A stretch of DNA of 64,000 nt. Source: the human T2T-CHM13v2.0 reference genome, Homo sapiens. Shown piece after piece: positions 1-28,950 of this stretch. A program made the position numbers and the translations under genes. The stretch is from NCBI RefSeq assembly GCF_009914755.1, contig NC_060939.1; one strand, given 5' to 3'. Under the pieces are notes generated by a model, which saw only the letters and a program-made list of their open reading frames with translations, made no database searches and was not told the origin of the DNA. Each line of letters starts with the position of its first letter. Position 1 is the first letter of the stretch.

Positions 1-17
1 GTCAAGCATATGGGTAT

Positions 18-350
18 TTTATGGGTTGAAGCGTGGTCCCCCCAAAAGATATGACCCTGTCCTTATTCCCAGAATGTGTGAATACGGCCTTTTTTGGATG
101 GAGGGCCTTTGCAGATGGAATTAAGTGAAGGATGAGGAGATGAGGTCATTCTGGGTTATTCAGGCAGGCCCTACATCCAAGGGCTGGTGTCCTTATAGGA
201 GTCATAGGGACAGACACAGAGAAGGCCTCTTGAGAATGGTGGCTGAGCAGGAGGGATGCAGCCACAAGCCAAGGATGCCCAGGCCACCAGAATGCATGAC
301 TGCTGCTTGAAGCCACTCAGTTTGTGGTCATTCATTACATCAGCTAAGCC
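18..350 (+). mobile_element. MaLR LTR (MLT1-type), diverged
   Basis: MLT1-like motifs: 'tatgggttgaa..tggtccccccaaaagatatg', 'ctttgcagatggaattaag', 'gccacaagccaaggatgcc', 'aagccactcagtttgtggtcatt'. Confidence 0.7.
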
Positions 351-589
351 AGGTCTGCACATACCTGCAGAGCAGGAACTCTGGAGGAGAAGCCAGACCC
401 GAAAAGGGACAGTTTCCCCTCTGGCCAGGACCTCACCCCATCAACCCAGCTGCCCACGAGGCTGCTGGGCCAACATCCCAGGCCTACAGCTGCCAGCCTG
501 CCCTGGGCTCAGCCAAGGGAAGAGGAAGCTGTGAACAAGTCAGCCCTGGGCCCCTTCAGGGAGCCAATGACCTCCTCCCTTCCTCCCTC

Positions 590-730
590 ATGCATTCATC
601 CCTTCATTTGTTCATTCAGCCATCCATTCATCACTCCTTCCATAAACAGGCTTGGCACCTCCCACACGCCTAGATATGAATGCAGTATCAATGTGTCCCT
701 TTCAGGGGCCCACAGCAGGCAGGTAAGCAC
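590..730 (-). mobile_element. L2 LINE 3'-end fragment
   Basis: (CATT)n-like run followed by 'aaacaggcttggcacctcccacacgcc', typical of L2 termini. Confidence 0.45.
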
Positions 731-2544
731 ACCCACAAATTCATAACTCCAGAGGGGACAGGAGGCCCAACAGAAGAATCACAAGAGAAGCCACAAGGGC
801 CTCAGCTCTGCCTGGGGCAACAGGGAGAAGCCCCCTAGACTGGTGTCTGGAGGCCCACCCTGGACTGACACAGAGGCTTTCCTGACGGGCAAAGAAGGAG
901 GCCTCCCTCTGGTTTGTGAAGGAGATGGTGGCATGGAGAGCTGGAGGTGGGATCCTGGGTTTTGTCCTCCAGGTGATAGACACAGGAGGGGTGAGAACAG
1001 GCTCACCTTTATCAAACTTTGGTGGAAAATTGAAATTGTGTTCCAGAAGGACCAAGAAAGTCTGATGCTGGCCATGTTCAGGCTGTGCTGCTCTGAGATA
1101 CCGGGGCAGGTGGGCTTGGCAAGGTGGCCCCCATCCTCTCTCTCCCCATGTCCCCCTGATCCTGCTCCTGCTCCTGCTCCATCTCTCCCCACTCCCAGCT
1201 GCTCAGTGGCCAAGTCTGGTGTCCTTCAAGAAGTGGCTGAAACCTCTAAAGGAACTTCACCCTGCAGGGCAGGCCCTGCCCAAGGACATCACCACCCAGA
1301 GTCCAGGTCTGGCCCTCGCCACCCCACCCCCATCCCAGAGTCTGGAATGATGCAGCCCCCAGCTCCTGGGGCCCCCACATGTAGCCCCTGCTCCCAGCAA
1401 ACCAGCAAGGGGGGCCTGGGGAGAGGGAGGGGCTAAGAGGGAGGGGAGCGCCTGGCCGTCCCCAGAGAGTACAGCTAACCCACAGCACATAATCCTGTTA
1501 AAAAATTAATCCTCATTTAGCCAGGAGGTAAGGCGGCCGCTGAGATAAAGCCCCTGACAAGTAATAAAAGGCAACAGCAATTGATAAAGTGGTGAGGCCA
1601 CTCATAAAACCCTGCTGCAGTCAAGGTCAGGCAGGTCCCAGGAATCGGAGAGCAAGCACCGCCAGGTGGGGGTGGGGGGCGTTGCCTTACAAGCCCCAGC
1701 CCCTGCAGAGGGCGACCACCTTGGGCAACAGAGCTGATGCTGATGGTGGAGAGAGGCAGAAAGGAGGGAGGCTGCCTTTCTCAGCTCCTCCCTGCTCGGC
1801 CTTACTGGATGGCTGTGGCCCTTTGGGAAGGAATCACCATCCTTGGTCCTTGTCTCTCTCCTAACATCATGGCCGTGAAAGATCACAGCCCCCCTGGGGC
1901 CCAGCCGGTCCCAGAGTAGACCTGGTGAGGCTGGGCCCATCTAGCGTGGCTCCTGGTGGCCCCCACTGTCCCCCACACACTTGTCCCAGGGATAGGAGGA
2001 TGGAGAGCCCACCCCAGTCCCCACACCAGGGACTCACCTGGAATCCTCCCAGATGGCAGGTGTGGTCACCACTGCATCTGGCATCTGCCTGCTGGGGAAG
2101 ACTCATTGCCATGTCGTCATGGGGACGTTCCACTCCAGCCAAATTGCATAATCAGGCCATTCCTCCTTCAGGGTCCCCAAAAGCCAATAATGGTCCCCAA
2201 AAAAGGGCACTGGACTGGAGGCAGGAGAGACCCATTGAGACCCAATATTGTCACCACTAGTCATGCTGGAAAATCGGGAGGGGGCTCGATGCCTCCGCTA
2301 CTCCAACAGTGGCAACAACCCACAGCTGTAAGTGCCCAGCTTCCAAGCCCACACCCCTCACCAAGGCATCAAGGGCTCCCTGGAAGCACCAGTCTGGGGC
2401 TGCACCTGGCCAGAGAAGGAAGAGTGTGGTGATTCCCATTACTGTATCACTCCAACTGCTGCCTGGAGACTAAGGAGAAGCAAGGAGACCAGTCAGAAGG
2501 CAGTTGCAATGGTCCTGACCATGCTAACTTCACCCATGTTTTCT

Positions 2545-2700
2545 TTCACTTATGCACTGAAGAATCATTTATTAAACACCTACTGTGTGTCAGGCATCAG
2601 ACCAGGAGCTCGGGATACTGTGTTGCTCACAGCCTTCTCGGAGAGACACATAAACAATTGCAATAGAATTCCTTGCATCAGGTTATTAACGAGAACAGGA
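2545..2700 (-). mobile_element. L2 LINE fragment
   Basis: 'catttattaaacacctactgtgtgtcaggca...gggatact' L2 3'-end motif. Confidence 0.55.
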
Positions 2701-2913
2701 AGTTAGCGGCAAAGCTGACCTTGTGGAGGACAATGCCTGCCTTATGGCTCTCGGCCACCAGCTGAGACACCAGCAGGCCTGGGCAGGCCAACCCCTGGCC
2801 CAGAGGCTGGGTCCCTAGGGCCCGAGCCCCCTACATGGCTCATCTGCATGGGGCAATCTCTACCTGTGCAAGCGTCAAATCCACCCGGTCCCCAGGCCAA
2901 GGACGCCTCTGGA

Positions 2914-18615
<15,702 letters not shown>

Positions 18616-18711
18616 CAGAACAGGCCTGCATTACCTGATAACGCAGTTGAATGAGACGTGATGCTGCCTGCCGAGGAGACCTGGAGGCTTCCCATGCATG
18701 AGCTTTCAGAT

Positions 18712-19228
18712 GAGAGGTCTCTGGGTGCATCTGGTGACACCCCAGGCAGTGGGGGAGACGTCCAGGCCGGAAGGCCAGCCACAGCCAGCTCTGCCCAAGG
18801 ATGCCACGTCCATTTGCTTCAGTAGGATCTGCATCCTGTAAACCCTGGTTCCTGCCTCTCCAGGACACCCCACTGAGGTCAGCACACTCCCCAGGTTTAG
18901 AAGGGGTCTCTCGGTGAAATCTGGTGACACCCCAGGCAGAAGGGGGGACACCACAGCCAGCTCTGCCCGCGGATGCGACGTCCATTTGCTTCAGTAGGAT
19001 CTGCACCTTGGAAACCCAGGTTCCTGCCTCTCCAGGACACCCCACTGACGTTAGCACACCCTCCAGGTTTACAAGCGGTCTCTGGATACATTTGGTGACA
19101 CCACAGGCAGATGGGGGATGCTACAGCCAGCTCTGCCCATGGATGCCACTTCCATTTGCTTCAGTAGGATCTGCACCCTGTAAACCCTGGTTCCTGCGTC
19201 TCCAGGACACCCCACTGAGGTCAGCACC
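18712..19228. repeat. GC-rich tandem repeat, ~171-bp unit x ~3
   Basis: 'tccatttgcttcagtaggatctgca' at 18809, 18981 and 19151; 'tctccaggacaccccactga' recurs with the same spacing. Confidence 0.9.
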
Positions 19229-19810
19229 CCCCACCCCCCCACCCCCATGTTTGTCCACCTTCGCTGTCTGGGGAGATACACAGAAAGACCACATTCGGTG
19301 GAATTTTGGCTATAACATTTTGTGGCCGGCAAGAAGGATCACCAAGCTGTCCTGTTACCTTGCTGGAGCGATCACTGGTTTCACGCTTGGCCCCCGTGCA
19401 GTGAGTGCCTGGGCCAGGCTCGATTCCTGGAGCTCCGGTGAAATTTGGGCTTGGAGCTCACGCCTGCACCATCCAGAAAGCAGAAGGCAGCCGGCCTGGG
19501 CTGTACGGTTCGTAGAATCAGAGAGAACACTGCTTGCCTTCATGTCTGTACCACAATAAATCTGCCAACTGCTGTCAAAGTCTCTGGATTCCTGCCCCCT
19601 CATTTTATTTAGTCTATTACGGAGCGGAAGGAGTGAGAAAGATTTTGCTTCCTATTTTGTTTTGCAAAGCATTTCTAAGAAAAACAACCCGTGTTCTGAA
19701 AACGAGATTCTGAGTGTCCCCTGGGCGTGATGAAAACAAACTTTGGGAATCCAAGGGCCTGAGAGGCAGAGTGAATGTCATTCGCATTTCCCTGCGAATG
19801 ACAAAGTCAC

Positions 19811-19820
19811 TTTTTATTTA

Positions 19821-19851
<31 letters not shown>

Positions 19852-19955
19852 AGATTCAGGGGATCCACGGGCAGCTTTGTGACCTGAGGATATTGTACGT
19901 TGCTGAGGTTTGGGGTATGAATCATCCCGTCACCCAGGCACTGAGCATTGTACAT
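19811..19955 (-). mobile_element. L1PB/L1MA-type 3' end with (TTA)n tail
   Basis: (tta)n followed by 'gctgaggtttggggtatgaatcatcccgtcacccagg'. Confidence 0.7.
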
Positions 19956-20036
19956 TCCTGAGGTATATAATGTGTACTAAAAATAAAATGTATATTTATA
20001 TATGCACTAATGATTCAACTTGATTCCTTGTAATTA

Positions 20037-20505
<469 letters not shown>

Positions 20506-20613
20506 TCAACCCTTGTACCCCCGCCCCTGCTTCCTGCTCTATTAGTACTGAGGGTCTGTGGTGCCCCTTCATTGTGTCCAGGTGCAGGCAATGTTTAGCT
20601 CCCACCTATAAGC

Positions 20614-21560
20614 GAGAACATGTGGTATTTGATTTTCTGTTCCTGGCGTTAATTCACTAAGCATAGTGCCCTTCAGCTTCATCCATGTGACTTCAAAGGG
20701 CATGATTTTATTCTTGTTCATGGCTGTGTAGTATTCCATGATGCGGAAGGACCACATTTGCTTTATCTAATTGAGAACATGTGGTATTTGATTTTCTGTG
20801 TCTGGCATTAATTCACTAAGCATAATGCCCTTCAGCTTCATCCATGTTGCTGCAAAGGGCATGATTTTATTCTTGTTTATGGCTGTGTAGTATTCCATGA
20901 TGCGGAAGGACCACATTTGCTTTATCTAGTGCACAACATGTGGTATTTGATTTTCTGTTCCTCGTATTGATTCACTAAGCATAATGCCCTCCGGCTGCAT
21001 CCATGTGGCTGCAAAGACATGATTTTATTTTTTTCATCACTGTGTAGTATTCCGTGGTGTAGAAGGGCCACATTTGCTTTATCCAGTTGAGGACATGTAG
21101 TATTTCATTTTCTGTTCCTGGCATTAATTCACTAAGCATAATGTCCTTCAGCTGCATCCATGTGGCTGCAAAGGACATGATATTATTCTTTTTCATGGCT
21201 GCATAGTATTCCATGATGCAGAAAGACCACATTTGCTTTATCTAGTGGAGAACATGTGGTATTCGATTTTCTTTTCCTGGTGTTAATTCACTAAGCATAA
21301 TTCCCTTCAGCTGCATCCATGTGGCTGCAAAGACATGATTTTATTCTTTTTCATGGTTGTGCAGTATTCCATGGCGTAGAAGGGCCACAATTGCTTTATC
21401 CAGTCAAGAACATGTGGTATTTGATTTTCTGTTCTTGTGTTAATTCATTAAGCATAATGCCCTCCAGCTACATCCATGTGGCTGCAAAGGACGTGATTTT
21501 ATTCTTTTTCATGGCTGTGTAGTATTTGATGCTGTAGAAGAACCACTTTTGCTTTATCTG
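20614..21560. repeat. Tandem array of 6 x ~159 bp derived from the L1 ORF2 C-terminus/3' end
   Basis: 'attca(c/t)taagcata' recurs at ~20651, 20810, 20969, 21126, 21285 and 21442. Minus-strand translations give L1-like 'MEYYAAMKKN..MSFAATWM.L..IMLSE'. Confidence 0.92.
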
Positions 21561-21634
21561 GTACCCCACTGATGGGCAACTAGGTTGATTCCATGACTTT
21601 CCTATTGTAAGTCGTGCTGTGACGAACCTTACAG

Positions 21635-21925
21635 GGCCGGGCACTGTAATCCCAGCACTCTGGAGGGCCGAGGTGGGCAGATCACCTGAGGTCAGGAGTT
21701 CGAGACCAGCCTGGTCAACATGGTGAAACCCTATCTCTACTAAAAATACAAAAACTAGCCAGGCATGGTGGCGCATGCCTGTAATCCCAGCTGCTCAGGA
21801 GGCTGAGGCAGGAGAATCACTTGAACCCAGGAGGCGGAGGTTTCAGTGAGCCGAGATTGCTACTGCACTCCAGCATGGGCAATAGAGTGAGACTCCGTCT
21901 CAAAAAACAACAAAACAAAAAAAAC
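21635..21925 (+). mobile_element. AluS inserted in L1 (small 5' internal deletion)
   Basis: 'ggccgggcactgtaatcccagcact...' through 'gtgagactccgtctcaaaaaacaac'. Confidence 0.92.
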
Positions 21926-22024
21926 AAGGAACTCTACCATGCATGTGTCTTTTTGGTAGAATGACTTCTTTTCCTTTGGGTAGATGCCCAGTCTTGGAAT
22001 TGCTGGTGCAAATGGTGGAGCAGT

Positions 22025-22880
22025 TTGGATTCAGGAGGTACATGTACAGGTTTCTTACATGGGGACGATGTGTGATGCTGAGGTCTGGGGTATGAGTGAT
22101 CCCATCACCCAGGTAGTGAGCATAATACCCCACAGTTGGTTTTTTCAACTCTTGTCCTTCTACCTTCCTCTCTCCCCCTAACTAGAACCCAGTATCTGTT
22201 CCCTTCTCTGTGTCTACCTATACACAACATTTAGCTCCCACTTATAAGTGAGAACACGCAGCATTCTGTTAATTTACTTAAGATAATGGCCTCCACACTG
22301 TTCACAATAGCAAAGATGTGGAACCAACCCAAATGCTCATCAGTGATAGACTGGATAAACAAAATGTAGCACATAGACACTGTGGAATACTATGCAGCCA
22401 TGAAAAAGGATGAGTTCATGTTCTTTGCAGGGACATGGATGAAGCTGGAAACTCTCATGTTCAGCAAAGTGAAACAGGAACAGAAAACCAAACAGTGCAT
22501 GTTCTCACTCATAAGTGGGAAGTGAACAATGAGAACACATCGACCCAGAGAGGGGAACATCACACACTGGGACCTGTTGCAGGGGTGGGGGACTGGGGGA
22601 GGGACAGCATTATGAGAAATATCTAATGTAGATGGTGGGTTGATGGGTGCAGCAAACCGCTATGGCACATATATATCTATGTAACAATCCTGCACATTCT
22701 GCACATATACCCCAGAACTTAAAGTAGAATAGAAAAAATAAAAAATAATAAAAATAATTAAAAAAGATAATGGCCTCCAGCTACATCTGTGTTGCTGCAA
22801 AAACAAACAAAAAATAAAAATAAAAAAATGATTTTGTTCCTTTTCAGGGTTGCGTAGTATTCCATGGTGTAGATATACCG
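22025..22880 (-). mobile_element. Second L1PB-type 3' end, interrupted by a younger L1PA
   Basis: 'gatgctgaggtctggggtatgagtgatcccatcacccagg'; the element resumes at 22764 after the insertion. Confidence 0.7.
22296..22763 (+). mobile_element. 5'-truncated L1PA 3' end with A tail and 16-bp TSD
   Basis: L1 ORF2 end plus 3'UTR and 'ccccagaacttaaagtagaata' tail. TSD 'aagataatggcctcca' at 22280-22295 and 22764-22779. Confidence 0.9.
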
Positions 22881-22937
22881 AATTTTCTTTGAGGATGGAG
22901 GGTGGGAGGAGGGAGAAGATCAGCAAAAATAACCTGT

Positions 22938-23265
<328 letters not shown>

Positions 23266-23720
23266 CTAGGTTGATTCCATTACAAAAAAAAAAGAAAAAA
23301 CTAACTTTTTAAAAGAAGGATCTCTCTGTTCAAAAACAAAACCAATGCCCTGTCAGGAAAGATGTTCTGTGTTTCTGGTAAAGCTGGAAGGAACCTACAG
23401 GAAGGAGTCACCCCATAAAACTAGTGGAGCAGCATTGCCTTTTGGGGTGAGGGCTACTTCTGTTAGGCCACCAGGATGAGTGTCTTCCTGGGGAGTGTGG
23501 TTCATCATATACCATCCAGGAAGCAATTCCTGCCCCCAAATCACTTGCCAGCTTCTGCCCTGTAAGTAAAATCCCCAGCAAGCGGGCAGCAAGGAGCTGC
23601 TTGCCTTGGAAGTCAGCTGAAGTCTCTGCCCACCACCCAGACTGTGTCCTCTGGGAAAGGCCAGGTCTTCCAGTTGGATGGTTTTCACATTAGCGGCTGC
23701 TGTTTAGAATCATCAACATT

Positions 23721-24391
<671 letters not shown>

Positions 24392-24431
24392 TTACCACTG
24401 GACCTCCATGTTCTAGTTTCAAAGCTCTGCT

Positions 24432-24532
24432 GGCCACAGTGGCTCATGTCTGTCATCCCAGCACTTTGGGAGGCTGAGGTAGGAGGACTGCTTGAACCCA
24501 GAAGCATGAATCCATCCTAGGCAACATAGTGA
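24432..24532 (+). mobile_element. Alu monomer/FLAM-like fragment
   Basis: 'cagtggctcatgtctgtcatcccagcactttgggaggctgagg...ggcaacatagtga'. Confidence 0.75.
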
Positions 24533-25329
24533 TAATAATGTCAAATGAGAGCCAGTGTCCAGTAATTCCCCAAATATCTGAGAATTTTCTTTTCTTTAAG
24601 TCACAGTCATCCTGGCAGAAGGCTGTAGGTCCCTTTGGGGAAGACTGGGAAAAAGATTAACAATGTAAATTTTTGGCAATGTAGCAGCGTACTTCCCCAA
24701 GATCACCCAGCCTCCCCTTCACTTAAGGGGTTGTGGGCCTGTGAACTGGCTCAAGTCTGGGAATTGATTGAGGGTTTTAGATCTGTGTTTCATTAATTTG
24801 AGTTAATCTTTTATTCAGTTGACCTAGAATTCTTCATTTTTTAAACAACAACTAAGACTTTGGTACAGCCCATTAGCTCTCCCTGTGGATACCATGGACT
24901 ACACAATGCCATGGGTGTCTGTGAGTCAAACCATTCTGACTGCTGCTTTGACACTGCTTTCCACTGTGGTGACCACACCCACCTCATCTTTGGTGATTAA
25001 GGACAGCCCATGTTCCCTGCCACCCCAGGATTCAATTATCCTCATTTTACTTAAAGATCCCAGTCCAGTGGCTGCAGTTCCTGCTGTAACATTTTGCCTA
25101 CTGAGAGCACAGGCTTAAAGCTCTTCCAGGATACTGGGCTCCTCTCACAATATTCTTTCTCATGATCGTTGTGAGGAGTATGTTCTGTAGACCCTTCAGT
25201 GTGAGTGAGCAGGTCTGACATAATAAATCCAGTCTCCCTGAGTTTTTGCATACCTTTCTGTACACATAAACCAAGGAAGTTGTGGCATCTCAACTTTATG
25301 TACCTTAGGTAAACTCTGATTCTGTTTCA

Positions 25330-25470
25330 GCCAACCAACCAAGTCACCAAACAAACAGCCAACCAATCAACCAACAAGCAAGCAAGCAACAAACCAACCA
25401 AACAACCAAGCAAGGAAGCAAGCACCACCAACCAAGCAAGCAACCAACCAAGTAACCGATCAAACCAACC
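25330..25470. repeat. (CCAA/GCAA)n simple repeat
   Basis: Mixed ccaa/gcaa/acaa tetramers. Confidence 0.85.
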
Positions 25471-25669
25471 CTTGGAGCCCTTTCTAAAGCTTTGACCTAC
25501 AACTCTGAGTCCAGAATCTCTGTTTAGTGGGCCAACATTAATAAATTTAGCCTAATCCAACTTTATGTTACTTTCACCATGGTGCCACACACTTAATATC
25601 CATTCCCACATATATTCTCCAGATTTCCTTCTGTATAAATTGCGTGTGTGTGTGTGTGTGTAGAAAGAG

Positions 25670-26610
25670 AGCATCAACTGAAAAATCACACAATTTTATA
25701 AATTTAGAAAAGAGAGCTTTATTTCTTATAAAGGTTTGCAGTCTGCAAGGTGGCCATTATGACAGGCTGGGAAGTGTGGCCTACAGCCAAGGCCAGAGGC
25801 AGGCATTTCCAGGGAGGGAAGGAGAGGACAGGAATTTGAGCCAAATGAGTTGGCTACATATACATACTCAATAGGATATCAGAGGAGCTATATCATTTTA
25901 TGAGAATACTCATAAAAGAGGTCCTAACACATGCATATTCAATAAACATGCATGTTCATCCTGGGGTGGAGACTTGACATTTAAATGTATTATAATTAGG
26001 CCCTACACATCAAAAAGTGAAGCAGGGACATGAAAGTACTCAGCCTCTGTAAAGCCACAGCCTCTAAAACTGGCCAGAACCAGTCCATGGAGGATGGTCT
26101 CTTATCAGGAGAAAGTTATTGAAATCAGTCCCTTGTCCAGAGAAAGCTGTCGTTAAGGTTAGTGGGGCAGGAGATCAGTTACTCAGCGTCTGTGAACTGG
26201 GTGAGTTGTAATTGTTTTAATCTTCTCTCACAGCCATCTCTCACAGCCAGTGCTTGCTTGGCTGCTAGAGAAAAATAAAACCCATGTGGTAGCTAGAATC
26301 TAGTTAATTCTTTAAGAGTAGGGTACAAGACTTAACCCTTGCCTGGCATGGCCCTAGGTCCTGTTTATAATTTGAGGTCTTATTGCCACAAAGAGTCTGT
26401 TCTGTCAGTCTCATGATCTCTATTTTAACATTAATGCTGTTCAGTTGTTGGGTCTAAACCATAAGAGGGAGGGAGGTACAGGGAGGTATGTCTGACTTCC
26501 TGTCCTGTCATGGCCAAGAACTGAATTTTAAGATTTATTTGAGGTTCCGTTGGCCAACAGGGGGTCTGTTAAGTTGGGTGGGGGGCTTAGGATTTTAGTT
26601 TTAGTTCTCA
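25670..26610 (-). mobile_element. ERV1 solo LTR (MER4-group-like)
   Basis: ~0.94 kb containing 'ctttatttcttataaagg', 'ttattgccacaaagagtctgttctgtcagtct' and the terminus 'gggggcttaggattttagttttagttctca'. Exact family not assigned. Confidence 0.65.
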
Positions 26611-28124
26611 AGGGAGATAAAATAATTTAATCAATTGGCCCCTGCGACTGTGGGACTAACATGGCTATGATCTATCGGACAGACTTCAGGCTGGCACCCA
26701 GGCAAAATTCTGTGCTGTAGTAAATGCATCATGCACATTTGTAACAATATGTACATAACAATGTCACAAAATACTTTCACGGTGACACCTAGATTAGTAT
26801 TTTATTGAATAGCTGATGATATAAACTGGCTCATTTGATGCCAAGACTGACCATTACCACCATACCAAGGTCATCACTGATCAGAGGCCTAACCCAAGGA
26901 GGGGGTCATGTGCAGACCCAGCAGTGGGGAGGAAAGATGCTGCAGAGGAGACGGATGCCCACAGAGGCCCCTGAGCAGATACAATGCTCACTAAGTGGTA
27001 AGTATAGACTCAACGTAGGCTATAAGGTCTCCCCCTGTGCAAATGGGACCCCGTCCACTTGAGAGTCAAGGGTCTGTTTGGGTGGCAGGGATAGCCACTT
27101 CTGAAGGTAGAAAGGAAAATAAGCCACCAAATTGGTATCTTTCTGTGAAATGGACATCGTGCTTAGAATCAACATTTTCCCCACAACCTGGAGGAATAAG
27201 TACTGTCATGTGCATTTTGTAGCTGAGGAATCTGACTCAACAAAATTAAATTACTTGCCTAAGCAATTAGCAATTAACCAAGTCTTTCTGACTCAGAAAC
27301 CCAGCTGTTGCCTGTTCATATCCAGCCCCTGTATTGGGGTCAAGATCTGGCCTGTTCTCAATGCAGCAAGATCCAGGCAGATCACACTGGACTCCCAGCA
27401 CTGAATCTGGCTCAAGGGGACATCAAATTTGACTGGGTCGTGGGGCTCAGGAGCATCACTCTCAAAAATAGCAGTACAGGAAGAGGCGATGGCCCTAAAC
27501 AGCATTTGCAGGCAGATCCCATGTTAATCATAAGGGTCAGGACTCTCTCACTTTTCTGTCTCTCTCTCTGTCTCTCCTCTAGGGCTGACCCCACATTGGA
27601 CACCACTGCATCCATGTCCATCACACACCACAGCTGCCTTTTCTTCTGCCTGCTTATGGGAAAGTCCCCTCCTCTCCTCTGTTTTCTTCTCTTCCTGCCC
27701 TATCACACCGTGCACTTCTCCCTTTCCTTAAAGAACCACCATCAACTTTAGGAGGAGGGAAAGGGGTGGCTCTGGCAGGAAAAGCCAGAATCCCCTCTAG
27801 CCAGCAGAGAGAGAGGAATGGCTGCATGTTTTCTCCCCCATTCCAAGGCACTAGGTTTTGGCTAGGTTGCAGGTTCCAAGCTGCTTTCCTGCTGTGTCGG
27901 TGAGTTCTGGTTAACCTGCAACCTCCTGATGTGGCCACTGCAGTTCATCGAGTCTTCAGGGACTCCCCATGGCCTGGAGTACTTTGCCTTGCTTACACGG
28001 GAGAGGAGAATGGATTTATAGAGAACATCATCTAAATCCAACTTGACCATTGTGTGGCCACACTTGCTAGATTGCTTTAGTCTAAATCTAGCATTGTAGA
28101 AAGACGGGGGAGCTTGGAGCTGCA

Positions 28125-28285
28125 CAAACCCAGGTCTGGAACTGGCTCCTTACCTTGAAAGGTGAATAATCCTGGCAGGACTCTTAGCCTTCCTGGGCCT
28201 CAGTTTCTTTATCTGTTTCTTGGGAAGGAGGATCTCTGCTGGTTGGTTGGGTGATGTGGGGGCTGTGTGAAAACAACTTGTCAAT
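28125..28285 (+). mobile_element. MIR fragment
   Basis: MIR core 'cttagccttcctgggcctcagtttctttatctgt'. Confidence 0.6.
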
Positions 28286-28469
28286 ACAAGCCGAAATAGG
28301 AATATTTCTCCACAGAGTATGAAGGTCAAATGAGAGAATACATTTAAATTAAATGGAAAATTAAAATGGCAAAAAAGGCAAAGCTGTATTGAAAGTTCTG
28401 AGCTTCTCTATAAGGAGCTTTTTGACTATGTAAGAATCCTATACTCGTTCCCCCTAAATATAAAAAAAA

Positions 28470-28766
28470 AGTTGAAGGAGGCAGAAGGGAGAGTGATGCA
28501 CGATGGGCGAGGACTTCACCTGCTGTTGCTGGCTTTGAGGATGGAGGAAGGAGGCCACAAACCTAGAAGCTGGAGCCCCTAGAAGCTAGAAAAGGCAGGG
28601 ACCCAATTCATCCGTTGAGCCTCCAGAAGGGACATAGCCCCGCCAGCACCTTGACTTTAGCCCAGTGAGATCCTCTTAGGACTTTTGGCAACCAGAACTA
28701 TAAGACAGAAATGGAAGCCACTGAGTCTGTAGCTGTTTGTTGCAGCAGCAATAGAAAACTAATGCA
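28470..28766 (+). mobile_element. MaLR LTR (MLT1D-like) 3' part
   Basis: 'gctggctttgaggatggaggaagg', 'gagcctccagaagg', 'caccttgactttagcccagtgaga', 'gcagcaatagaaaactaatgca'. Confidence 0.8.
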
Positions 28767-28784
28767 GAGCCCAAGAAATCACTG

Positions 28785-28950
28785 ATGATGAGATGGGGAA
28801 GTGGGCTCAGGAGGTCTGGATCTATGATGAGATGGGGAAAGTGGGGGAGGTCTGGATCTGTGACGAGATGGGGTAAGTGGGCTCAGGAGGTCTGGATCTG
28901 TGATGAGATGGGGGAAGTGGGCTCAGGAGGTCTGGATCTGAGTTGGGGAT
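28785..28950. repeat. Minisatellite, ~36-40-bp unit x 4
   Basis: 'gatgagatgggg(a)agtgggctcaggaggtctggatct' repeated at ~28787, 28826, 28862 and 28902. Confidence 0.9.

Noticed and set aside
18712-19228. 171-bp period suggesting alpha satellite
   Set aside because: GC-rich, no alphoid similarity or CENP-B box seen; the length match is coincidental.
20614-21560. Regularly spaced repeats suggesting a CRISPR-like array
   Set aside because: Whole units are homologous with no unique spacers, are L1-derived, and sit in primate DNA with no cas genes.
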